From: Takakia lepidozioides
Taxonomy: Eukaryota; Plantae; Bryophyta
Length of the DNA stretch: 64,000 bases
Direction: 5' to 3'
Assembly (NCBI GenBank): GCA_030704615.1
Contig: CM060731.1
Coordinates: forward strand, 68,014,001-68,078,000
A model generated the notes under the pieces. It saw only the letters and a program-made list of their open reading frames with translations, made no database searches and was not told the origin of the DNA. Shown piece after piece: positions 1-10,803 of the stretch. Numbering within the stretch: position 1 is the stretch's first letter; each line of letters begins with the position of its first letter. The position numbers were made by a program, and so were the translations under genes.

Positions 1-716
1 TTGGTTGCTGGAAATTTGTGAAAAATAGTTGCAAAGTGGGCTTTCCTGGAACAGTTACGTGGAGATCTCCCAAAGTGCAGGGTCTCTGGATACATAGGGG
101 ATTGCAATTGGACTTTGATGACACTGGCCACTTGGGCCAACGGCAGAGTCTATGAAGCAAGGTAGTTTGTTTTGTTTTGAAGCGTTGATATCTCTAAAAT
201 CGCGGCCCCCAGCCCTAGTGCTTGGTTCCGTTGGAAAGCCCTCGATGAGGAGGGGTGCAACGACTTGGTCTCATATTTTTTGGACCTGCGGTGTGGGAGA
301 TGTCGAATTTCAAGTACTTTTGATCACCGAAAATTCGTGAAAAATAGCAAAGCGGGCATGGACACTTGGGCCAACGGCACATGCTCCCCTGGTATCTAGT
401 ATCTATTGTAGAGTTGATGTGTATATATAATAGTTTACTAGTTCTATATTTTTAATTGGCCCAATGTTTATACAAAAATCAATATTAAGAGTTATGACAT
501 CTCATTAGCTATTACTATTATTATATCTATAATATATATATGTCGTATTGTAATATCTTCGTAAATGGAAACGTGGTCACCACAAAACCAAAGTGTTGAA
601 CTTCCGAGGGTTTCGAAAAGTGGACAAACCGTTGATTTTTGTTTGGTGATTTTATCATAATTAATATCTAGAAGTGTTACATTGCTGGAATATGTGAAGA
701 AATCGAAAAAAGTAAT

Positions 717-748
<32 letters not shown>

Positions 749-1603
749 CCCCGATAAAGGAGAGGTAGCCCTTGGATCTTTATTCAAATTATTTGAGGGA
801 AAAAAATTAAAACCCTGGGGTGCCCGAAGGCTGCCATAAGGCATGTTCTCATGGTAGGCCGTGCTGGATAACTCATGAATTGTGTGTGTGAAGCTGAGGA
901 GACCAATATTAATCTTGACAAAAAGGTTTTTATTCATAAAACCATCTTTAGACATCCACATTATATCCTTCAATGCATCCACAAATTCAGGGTTATTTGT
1001 TCCACATGTATATGTAGTTGAGTCCGTATTTGTAAGGTCATGTAATTAACTTTTCTGCATTTGTTGATGGGATTGACCCTAAGACTTAAAATTTTCTCTA
1101 TTTTTGTACGGGGAGGGACTTTAAAAAAAAATAAAAATTGTACAAGTTTTTATACACAAAGGATGGGTAAATTTGTAATTAAAATACATACAAGGGGTCA
1201 ATATCAGTGTACAATGCTGAGTATAGAGGTATTAAAAAAAAAGTCTTGATCGCACATATTATGAGATTTACATGAATAGTGAACCCCCCGAGCAAGGGGT
1301 CCAACTTTCACATCTGGAAGTTTCAGATGAGAGCCATACTTCACTAGAAGAGAAACCGGTTTTTTCCACGGTTTTTTCCACACTTTTTGATTTTTTTCTC
1401 ATGTTCGAAAAAGTCACATATTAGTTAGTGATTGAGCAATAGTTTAGATATGTTTTCGTCGCATCATCACTTAGACCACCACTCATGGCGCTCGCGAAAT
1501 GTCAATCTTACATCATGTATATATGGTGATTATATTTTTTTTATTAGTAGAAATAAGAGATGGGAGCGTCCAGTGATGAGGTCATTAGAGCCTATGAAAC
1601 ATA

Positions 1604-2155
1604 ATGTGTATTTCAAACAATAATATCAAGGTTCTTACATATTCTTGGCGATTTTCGGAAAAAAAAATATTCTTTCCCATCGGTGTCTAACCATATTGTC
1701 AATTCACCTGATGGGTAGATGATGTATTTCATAGCAATAAACAATAACAACAATTTCTAGCTTAGGTCGTCCATATCCAAGTATACAATTGCGAAAAACC
1801 TCTTGAGGTGGCTACTATTCCAACCATCTGTTTTTCTACTTCTAAATTACAATATGACGATAAAATCAAATCCATTTAGATCTACATAAATTCACAAAAG
1901 GAGTCTAGGTATTAGTACTTTTATTCTTATTCACAGCTTTTCTAGCCATTTTAGTTTCTATGCTTAATTGAAATAGAGGATGTGTCGTTCACAATCAATA
2001 TGTCAAAATACTGAAACTAGATCAGCTCCATGAGCGAATATCTCTAGGTTACATATGGAAGAGACAAAGAAATGGATGATCAACATATCTCTTCCTTCTC
2101 TCTCTCTATCTCTCTAGACACACCTTGTTGTCCAATTCCTCTTATGATAAGGCTC
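1604..2155. repeat. Direct repeat, copy 1 (partner at 3328-3688)
   Basis: Collinear match from ATGT..ATTTCAAACAATAATATCAAGG to ...ATGATAAGGCTC. Copy 1 has ~190 extra bp (~1703-1893) that copy 2 lacks. Confidence 0.9.
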
Positions 2156-2488
2156 GAGTTTAGCAATTCGCTTTCGTGTTCTCAATTCGTGAGTGCGGAT
2201 CCAACAACGACAGGGTGGCGAGAGACGAAACCATTTGTTCTCCGCTTAGGCAGGGTTGTATATTATGATTATTAGTTTTTTCATGTCTTCTAGGATTTCC
2301 ATCAGTAGGATTTTCCAGGCTTTGTGCGTGTTGCAATGTGTAGTGTAAGGCTTAGTGGGAGCAGGAACTTTCAATATATTGAGTTAGATTCAATATTTTA
2401 TGTAAGAGTTTTGTCGTAACATGAACAATCCGTTCGCAACTTGCTTGTAGTTATATAATGGCTGCAGCAAAATGGATAGGCGGAGGAG

Positions 2489-2701
2489 TTGGCTCTGAAG
2501 TTTGAGCGTCTACATCTCAGTGAATCACGGTTTCAATACAGTTCTATTTGGAAAGATCTCAAGAACCATATTGGACTGGAAAAGATATTTGCACGCCTTC
2601 CTGAAAACGAGCACAGGAGGCTCCAAGTAGTCTGCAAGGGATGGAGGAGAGTCTTTCGAAATAATTCATTATATATGTATTACCTTGGTCTGAATGAATG
2701 A
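2489..2701 (+). pseudogene. F-box domain gene fragment (pseudogene)
   Basis: SIWKDL...LEKIFARLP...RLQVVCKGWRR matches the plant F-box consensus (W..LP.ellekIlarLP..l.r...VCK.W). There is no in-frame ATG (TAG just upstream), and a stop follows the F-box. Confidence 0.75.
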
Positions 2702-2886
2702 ATTTTGGGAAGTTCACAATGATTCTGAGTGTTGTACATTGGATAGTACCATTGCTACCTCCAAGTAATCTGCAAGGGATGGAGGATAGTCTTTCGAAAT
2801 AATTCATTATATATGTATTACCTTGGTGTGATTGAATTTTCGGAAGTTCTCAGTGATTTTGAGTGTGGTACATTGGATAATACCAT
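2621..2886. repeat. Tandem duplication, ~138-bp unit x2
   Basis: CTCCAAGTA.TCTGCAAGGGATGGAGGA.AGTCTTTCGAAATAATTCATTATATATGTATTACCTTGG...CATTGGATA.TACCAT occurs at ~2621 and ~2759. Confidence 0.9.
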
Positions 2887-3327
2887 AACTTAGTTCACTT
2901 TATTTAGAATCACTTAGGAAGTTAGGATCGTACTGTGAGTTCATTTCCGTGGGAGAGAGCAGGTAGAGATCAAGAGAGAATGACTTCGGTAGAGAGAGAG
3001 ATATTATAAGAGTTCTTGGGAAAGCGTTGGCTCTGCACTGCCCTACTTTATGGAGCCGGTCTTCCAAGTGTCTGGTAACGGTGGAGAAAGTCGTAGAGCT
3101 TCGTTGTTTCGAGGTTTGATGTAGAGGATTATCTGACGAGGAGTTTATATCCGTGGAGAGAGAGCAGTGAGGATCGACGGAGAAAAACCTCGGTAATTGA
3201 TGAAGACTGAATATGATGGCTTGTGGCTGTGAAGATGAGTCGCGTAAGTTGTTACAGCGGAGGATGCACGTGGAAGAGCTTTAGATAACCTTGAGTTTAT
3301 AATCATCAAGCTTGAGATAGGGATAAT

Positions 3328-3688
3328 ATGTATATTTCAAACAATAATATCAAGGTTTTCACATATTCTTGACGATTTTTGGAAAGTTTTTTATTCTTTC
3401 CCATCGGTGTCTAACCATATTGACAAAACGAGTTTAGGCATTAGTACTTTCATTCTTATTCGTAGCTTTTCTAGCCAACAAACACTTTAGTTTCCATGCT
3501 TAATTAAAATAGAGGATGTGTCGTTGACAATCAATATGTCAAAATACGGAAGCTAGATCAGCTCCATGAGCAAATATATCAGATTACATATGGAAGACAA
3601 CGAGTTGGATGATCATCATATCTCTTCTTTCTCTCTTTCTATCTCTCTAGACACACCTTGCTGTCTAATGCTTCGTATGATAAGGCTC
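3328..3688. repeat. Direct repeat, copy 2 (partner at 1604-2155)
   Basis: Same as copy 1; shared blocks include TCTTTCCCATCGGTGTCTAACCATATTG and ATAGAGGATGTGTCGTT.ACAATCAATATGTCAAAATAC. Confidence 0.9.
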
Positions 3689-6600
3689 ATAACCAATATA
3701 AACTAGACTACATCAAAGGAAAGTTTCTTAGTTCAACATACCCTTGTAAGTATTGAGATATCCATCCTTACGACTTAAGGTAGCCAAAAAAGAAGTACTG
3801 AGAAGATCTGATCTAACCTTAAAGGATTGTCAGAAGAGAAAACCAGAAACAAACAAAGAGAAACCAAAATAAAGAGTTGAATCCTTGTTCGTTTCTATTT
3901 TTATTTTGTCATTGCTTCTGTTTCTTCCTTTATGGTGCTGCACATTGAAGCACCAAAGTTTTGTGTCATAGAAGCACCAGTGTTCGGGTCTTTGTTTGGT
4001 AGATCAGTTGGTATAGTAAGTCAAATTTTTACTTTTTAATTTCGGAGGATTTACACGGTGCCAATTATTTGGCTATGGAAATCGGGTTCTACATAATGAA
4101 TGGAAAAGTTAACAGTACCCCATAGTATTAGGGTGAGTTTTTCATATTCACTATTATAAAATGATATGTCATAATACATTAGAAATAATATCTAAAAAAT
4201 ACCAAATGTAAACACCAGGTACTCGACAACGTATCACAAATTGTAATGGAACCATTGAAAATAAAAAAAACGACCAAATATATCGTATGGAACAAGACTC
4301 AAGGATTATCACTCACGTCTGGCCACTATTCTTGCCAAAATAATCAGATAAGGCTGCAACGTATCATCATTGGACCACTGTTGTGCTACCATATTCTGTC
4401 ACTGCAGGCATACTAGCAGCTTACATTGATTTCCAAACACATTCTCCTTCATTTTTTCTCATCCTCATTTTCTAGGCATCTCAACTCATTGGACAATTGT
4501 CTATGAAAAACGACCACATCCTCAGCCCATAGTGCGCCGCGGACGGTAAGTTTTGAGTAGCGAATGCAGTTGACGGATCAGCCGTTCACTCCCTAGCCAG
4601 AACAACAGGACAAATGAAATATCACTGCAGAATGCGGCTCCCATTACATATTCTTAATCAGCTCTTCTCAGAGACAGTTGTACTCACGCTTTAGGAACAC
4701 ATCATCAACGGGGTCGGGGACATATACGGTTGTACTAAAATCCAGCATGACTAACCTCTCCCATTGTTGCACGAATTGTGCCGTAGAAAGATCCTGATGA
4801 AGGATAAACTTCTTGTGCACCTTCGCGGTGACCTCCAAGGCCGATGTGGCCTTCCTCATATCCCAGGATGCCCACTAGTGAACCAACTTCCTCCATCGCT
4901 AGAAAAAAAGACATACCTCCAAACAGCCGACCTGATCCAGAGTCTTTGCAATCTCCTTCCCCTGCACAATGCTCATCCATCAAATATTTTGAGATTAAAC
5001 TCTGCTCTTCAATGTTTTCATCAATCAATTACTCGAGGATGTGAAAAATGAGGGATTTGGATTAAGGAAAAGCAGACACCCTATACTAAAAAATCCTCCA
5101 CTACTACTGAGCATGAGTTTATCCATTCAGTAACTAATCACTCAATTTTGGGTTACATGAATCTACCGGAAAGCGAAATTGTTGCTGTGAAATATTTTTG
5201 TGAACATGTGAAGATGTCTCAGGTGGAGCAGGAAAGAGGGGCTACTCCGGATAACCAACAGTTCGTTCCCTGGATACCACCGCGTACCGTAGAATTCGAA
5301 GTGGCCAACAATGAGCATATGATGTTGCATCCGCAAGCCAACAACTTACTTGCACCCATCTCAATTGAGACGTGGGTGAAATGAGGTAATATTTCTGAGG
5401 CTGAATGCAACAGGTACGTATAATATGTTGTTGATGGATTTCATAGGTTCAAAAAAGAGCCCATTGCCGTTGCATAGCCCTTGAGAACTTTCTATTATAA
5501 GCTTTCTGATAAAGGGGATAACTATAACCTATCTATAGGTTCTGTCAGGTCCAAAAATCACAAGAGCCAACTCTCCCTCTCTCTCCCTCTCCTTTGTGCG
5601 CTCCAAAACAAAAAACAAAAGGTTGGGGAGTGGGGGGAGGTGCAGCTGCTGTTGCCTATCCCTGGTTTATCTTGTTCTTCCACTATTTTTTTTTTCGCTA
5701 TTATCTTCCATTTATAAGATGAAAAATGAAAAAACAATAATTAGAATAGATGTGGAGCAAAAATGCGGCGATTTTTATTTGTTCACATTATGCATTGCTG
5801 TAAAAAAGTAAAGTAATATAGTCCTCATTCGGGTTAATGACCAATTAGTGCACTTGAATATTCCAATTCTTTCTTAGAAAGATGCATATGGTCAATATAT
5901 CCCTTCCATACTAGCATTAATATGCAATTTATACTCTATGCATAGAATATCTTCGCAACAAAACATTTATTTTTTGCACTTTGTTATTAATTCTCAAACG
6001 TGTCATTGACTTCCTTCATAAATGCTTGCATAAGTTCTTGCATCCTATGACAAGAGAGCCCTCACCCTCCATGTTAATTACACAAACATAAAAACCCAAT
6101 CCCATAATTATCTAAAATGTGTTACTTGTATGACAAACTTAGTGTAGCCAAGAGGGAAAACCATTGTTGGAAGCGGATGATTCAAATGCGAACTACTCTA
6201 TTTTGATGCAACAATCACACATGCGAAAACAATAAAAAATGGTGGTGCAAAATCTACGTACAAGTGGGCTTCAGCGATGTGGCAGGTCTCCCTAACCCAT
6301 GGATCCAATATAATTGAACAGAAGTGGCGATGCACAAGAGAACCTGTGATGCACAAGCACACCCTGTAGCTCAATTACAGTTGCTCATTTACATGGATCC
6401 TTCACTATTGTGTCCACAGCACAACTTCCATTGAATATAAACCAACAACATCTTTGTAGGAAACTGGAAGATATAGCTCTACACCATGATGCCTACGTTG
6501 ATAGGCTATGTCACACCATAACCCCCAGCAAAAGGCCAACAATGACGACAACCAAATTTTCTCCCTTCAAACCCAGACTCGATAACACACTGCATTCCCA

Positions 6601-7356
6601 AAGTGCAGAGGAGCTGATCCCAAACTCTCTAGCACATTTCTGGAGCACTATACTTATCGCTGGTGGTAAATAGCCAGTTTGAAAGAAGAGTCTAACTACA
6701 TATAAAAATGTATGATAAAGCTTTCAAGCCGTATACAGAAGTTCCATAATAAACTAAATTGTAACACAAAAGTGAGGATGCCCAAGAATTGCAATGAAAA
6801 ATGGTGAAGCACCCTAACGTATGCATATGCAAATTGAAGATACAAGCCAGATTGCAAGATGAAATTATAACCGGGCGGATCGATTATAGGTGCATTGAAA
6901 GCTAAACAACATAAAAAAGCTAGTTGTAACTAATTTTTAACATATGACAATGGTGAGATGGGTGAGAACTAATAGTTCTCATGTATACATTTTACAAACT
7001 GGGGGTTGAGGAAAGTGTGCAACACTTCTTGCAGGCTTTGAGTTGTGAGTCTTCCCATGAGTTGAGGAGAGAAAATAGCATGAACATTGACATGTGTAAC
7101 TAGACGATTGATAGGAGGGGAACAAATCAACCTCCACAATTAATGCTCACATGTCAATGGAACAATCTTTGACAATTCTTGTCAAATTGATACCTCCAAC
7201 ATACTTCATATATTCTTTGATTGATCGAAGTATATGCGATCGCAAAACTTAAATGTGCTCACCAGGAAGATACTTATACGAAAGCCTTTGAAATATATGC
7301 GCATGTCCAATATATTTTATCATTTTATCATATATCTTACATTAGTAGGTACAGAG

Positions 7357-8134
7357 CAGTGTTGGACTGATATGTCCATTTTTTAATACCAGACCGGTCC
7401 TGGTATCAAGGTCCCACCCTTTTTTCATACCAGGATGGTATAAGTATCTATATAGACATGAGCAACTTGGGTATGAATCTGGTATGTATACGAGTATGGT
7501 ACTGATATCGTTTTTTTTTTTTTTTTTGATACTGGGGATATATGAGCACTGGTATGGTATTTCATCCACATTAATATCTTGCGTGATGTCAAAAACCATT
7601 TGTGAGATTCGATCACTAAGCTCGCTGATCTCCTGGAATCCACGTTCATATGTCGTGGTCAAAGACCATTTCTGAGATTGATCAGTAAGCTCGTATCATC
7701 TCTGCTGATCTCCTGGAAACATATTTAGATATAATTTAATGTTTATGGTTATTCGAGTCTGCTGTTATTTAGTCCTAGATCTTACTACCTGGATCATTAA
7801 TTTGTAACAGGTTTCAGCTGGCTTTAGCTGTACATGCGGTATTTCTAGTAGCGGGTACGAGGAAGGACCTGCAAGAATACCTATCTAATTCATACTTAGC
7901 TCTGTCCACCATAAATTTGCCACAGTACTGGTATCGTGACCACACTGCACTTGCGCTTACCGAGACTGGTATGGTATGTGTGGGGGGGAAATCCTAAAGA
8001 CATACTCCCCCAGTAAGTATGTGTATCACATGGGTACACTGGCTCTTTCATACCCGACTGGTATGTTCTTCAATATGTATATTCATACCTGTATTCCATA
8101 CCTAGGTTCAACCAGGTATACCAGTCCAACGCCG
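7357..8134. mobile_element. Non-autonomous hAT-type DNA transposon (778 bp)
   Basis: TIRs CAGTGTTGGACTGATAT / ATACCAGTCCAACGCCG (14/17 complementary). 8-bp TSD GTACAGAG (7349-7356) / GTGCAGAG (8135-8142). Many subterminal CTGGTAT/ATACCAG motifs. Confidence 0.85.
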
Positions 8135-9386
8135 GTGCAGAGGACACTATGAAAGACTTCCATCTGTCACATTCCATTGACACAAAGACTTGAGTCACAA
8201 GCGGAAGCAAATCACTTCCATGACCTTCTTTTGGTTTTGGTTTTTGGAAGAGGATCTGATGCCAATTGATGCAATACTACCCTATGTCCGCGTAGGAATT
8301 CTAATTCCGTTTCAAAACATATTGGCCCTATAACCGTGGCTTATGCTCACGTGGGCAATCTTTTTGTCCTCATGTAGGGTTGTGCTGCCCCCGCTCCGTT
8401 CACATGTCTGGATTTTGCACAAAGTCCGGCTGATATTTAGGGCTATTCCGGTGACGGTTGAGTGTTTCCAGGTCCAACTGGATCTGAAAAATATTCCGTT
8501 TACATTGACTTTGTATGGTCGATATGCATCCGTCTAGTTTCATCCTAAGTGCTCAACACATCGCTGATAAGATTTGAACACTAGACCTGACTAGTCTCGA
8601 TCTTACCACAGTTAGTCAAGCAAGACGAAAAGGTTAGGTGCATTAGCCATGTCGGTGGTTAGGCTGCGGCACTAGGGGACACGCGTTGGAGATGTATAGC
8701 AAGAATCTAAATTAGTGTGTGGCTGTAAATATTCTATCATACTGTGTATTCATTTTTTTAATTTTCTAATTTTGTTAGTAATATGGTCTTAAATATATGG
8801 GCAGCTCACCTGCGCATTCCTCATCCATCTACTCCCACAAAACTTCATTCGTTCAGTTGACATTCCTTAACTAATGTGAATATTTCATATTCCCTGTGTC
8901 ATAGGTACCAGCCAGATTTAGCTTACTGTCTTTTCTCTTTTTTTTAAATTTTCCTCTTAAAAAACAATTCCTCAATGCCTACCGTACCGACGGTCACCTG
9001 GTCTATTAACTTGAATATTTAAAAAAATTAAAATTAAAATAGAAATTGGAGCTATAAAATCTCCTGCAGTCGACAAAGTACAAAACACAAAGGAATAGTT
9101 TTAGGAAATAAATTATTTAAGTGCCCAATATTAGTATCTCATAAAGGCTTGGTTATCAATGATAGGTTCTATGAGACTTGTTGTGAACGTTATGCCTGGT
9201 TATTGAGATGGCTTTTCATCCTGGCCTTCACGGACGATATGGCTTTCATCCATCCACTCCACCTACATTTATTCCTTTTATCGTGCCGAGAATGAATGTA
9301 GTCGTCAACGTTTTCAACGAGCCGCATCCACTAAGCACTAGGTAATTAAGTAACTTTCGGCTATGACGTGGCTAACTAGTAGATAA

Positions 9387-9510
9387 GCCGCGTATCTCAT
9401 TCCCCTACATGGGAACCGCAGCACCTAATCCGTTCCCAACTAGAGAGCGCAGGCTGGTCACACAGTTTGGCGCGTGTGGGAAGTAAATGAGAGTGCGGCG
9501 GCCTTTTTTT
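9387..9510 (+). other. Putative structured ~120-nt element ending in T7 (candidate ncRNA or foldback remnant)
   Basis: Terminal stem GCCGCGTATCTCATT / AATGAGAGTGCGGC and inner stems CCC(T)ACATG/CGTGTGGG, GGAAC/GTTCC, AGGCTG/CAGTTT, followed by TTTTTTT (9504-9510). Confidence 0.3.
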
Positions 9511-9554
9511 CTACTTTAGACTGTACTATGCCTTCTTATTAATTTGTTTCTTTT

Positions 9555-9661
9555 TGGGCCCAAAAAAGTATCGGGCCCACCTAAAAATAGGCCTCAGATA
9601 GCGACAGTTCACCAGGCCAAATGGCAGGTGGCCCGCCCCGTTCAATACAAGTGGAGCCCAC
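9555..9661. promoter_or_regulatory. Cluster of site II-like (GGGCCCA/GCCCA) elements
   Basis: TGGGCCCA (~9555), GGGCCCAC (~9573), GTGGCCCG (~9628) and GAGCCCAC (~9654) lie within ~110 bp, as is typical of plant proximal promoters. Confidence 0.4.
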
Positions 9662-9693
9662 TTACGTTACGACCCAATTTAGTTGATACCGGG

Positions 9694-9959
9694 CAGCGTT
9701 AATTTTTCCTGGCGAATTTTCGCCAAATCTCGACCTCAGAAAACAAAAGAATATTCTGTGGCAAATTCCCTGTTTTTTCATGGATGAAATCATCAAATTT
9801 CTTCAAATGAAAAATAAATTATGGATGAATTATCCAAATATAGATGATATAAATTGATTTATGTACGGAAATGGATGATTCTGTCCTAATTTCTATGGAT
9901 GAACAGAATGTATGGCTATTTTTTGCTAAACTCTGTCAAATTCCAGAATAAAAACACTG
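9694..9959. mobile_element. hAT-type MITE (266 bp)
   Basis: Termini CAGCGTT.../...AACACTG. Perfect 8-bp TSD ATACCGGG at 9686-9693 and 9960-9967. Repeated internal ATGGATGA motifs. Confidence 0.9.
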
Positions 9960-10213
9960 ATACCGGGTTCTGCGTCGTTCTCTTCCTTGAGTGAGCATGT
10001 TCCCAATGGCGCGTGGCGAAATCATGGCGAAACTCGCTTTGAATATTGGTATCTCGTGCGCGGTGACTCAGTCGGCCGCTGGAAGCTTCCATTAATAAAC
10101 GTATATATATTATCGCCAGAAATAGACTCATCAGCCTGCACGCCAATTTTAGCCATATTCTATCATTTCATCGTTTAAAGTTTATGCGCCTTTCGATAAT
10201 TAGGAGCTTAATT

Positions 10214-10433
10214 TGTTTTTATTTTGTTTAAAATACCTGGGAGCTGACAGCTCACAAATCTGGCCCTTGATAGTGAGAGGAGAAGGAGAAAATAACCTCT
10301 TTCACAGTAACCGTGCCATGGAGGCTGAGAAATGGGACACCGCCCAAACACACCCGTCAAGTAGCAGGATTTGACCCCAGAATCATCTGGGTGGCACTCA
10401 ATGCACTAACAAACTGAGCTACTGAGTGTTGGT
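10214..10433 (-). mobile_element. tRNA-derived SINE
   Basis: The minus strand has A-box TAGCTCAGTTTG (10421-10410) and B-box-like GGGTCAAATCC (10377-10367) at tRNA spacing, plus an A-rich 3' tail. It is flanked by direct repeat GCTTAATT (10206-10213, 10434-10441). Confidence 0.75.
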
Positions 10434-10803
10434 GCTTAATTAAGAATTAGGTGAGGTAATAATGTGATTAGGGGGTGATTAGGTGATTTGATGTGGGAAA
10501 CGAGGAGCTAGATACGCGTAACAGTATGAACGCGGAGAGAGGGAGGAGGAAAGCGAGGTCTTGGAAGCCATAGCTCCGCACACGAGCGAGCTCAGAGCAT
10601 TCTCTGAGCATTCTCGATCATACTCTAGTAGTTCAGCGGAGGTGGTGGATTTGGTGCTGCATGAATCGTGTTTGTTTTGTGTCGAGGGAGGGGGGAGGGG
10701 ATGGGAGGTGAGAGAGGAGGTGTTGGAGGAAGTGGGAGCTCTTGGGGTTCAAGCAAATGCAAGCCGTGTGGAGAGGAGTGGTGCGATGTTTTGCTTGTGA
10801 ATC

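Noticed and set aside
10-380. Short direct repeats (GAAATT.GTGAAAAATAG..; CACTTGGGCCAACGGCA)
   Set aside because: Real, but cut off by the window edge and cannot be classified.
1305-1347. Hairpin CATCTG/CAGATG followed by CTAG, like a Helitron 3' end
   Set aside because: The stem is short and AT-rich, the next base is A rather than T, and no 5' TC end was identified.
9455-9476. Partial complementarity to bryophyte miR536 (sequence recalled from memory)
   Set aside because: 16 pairs with two G:U (one central) and an unpaired 3' end: too weak, likely chance.
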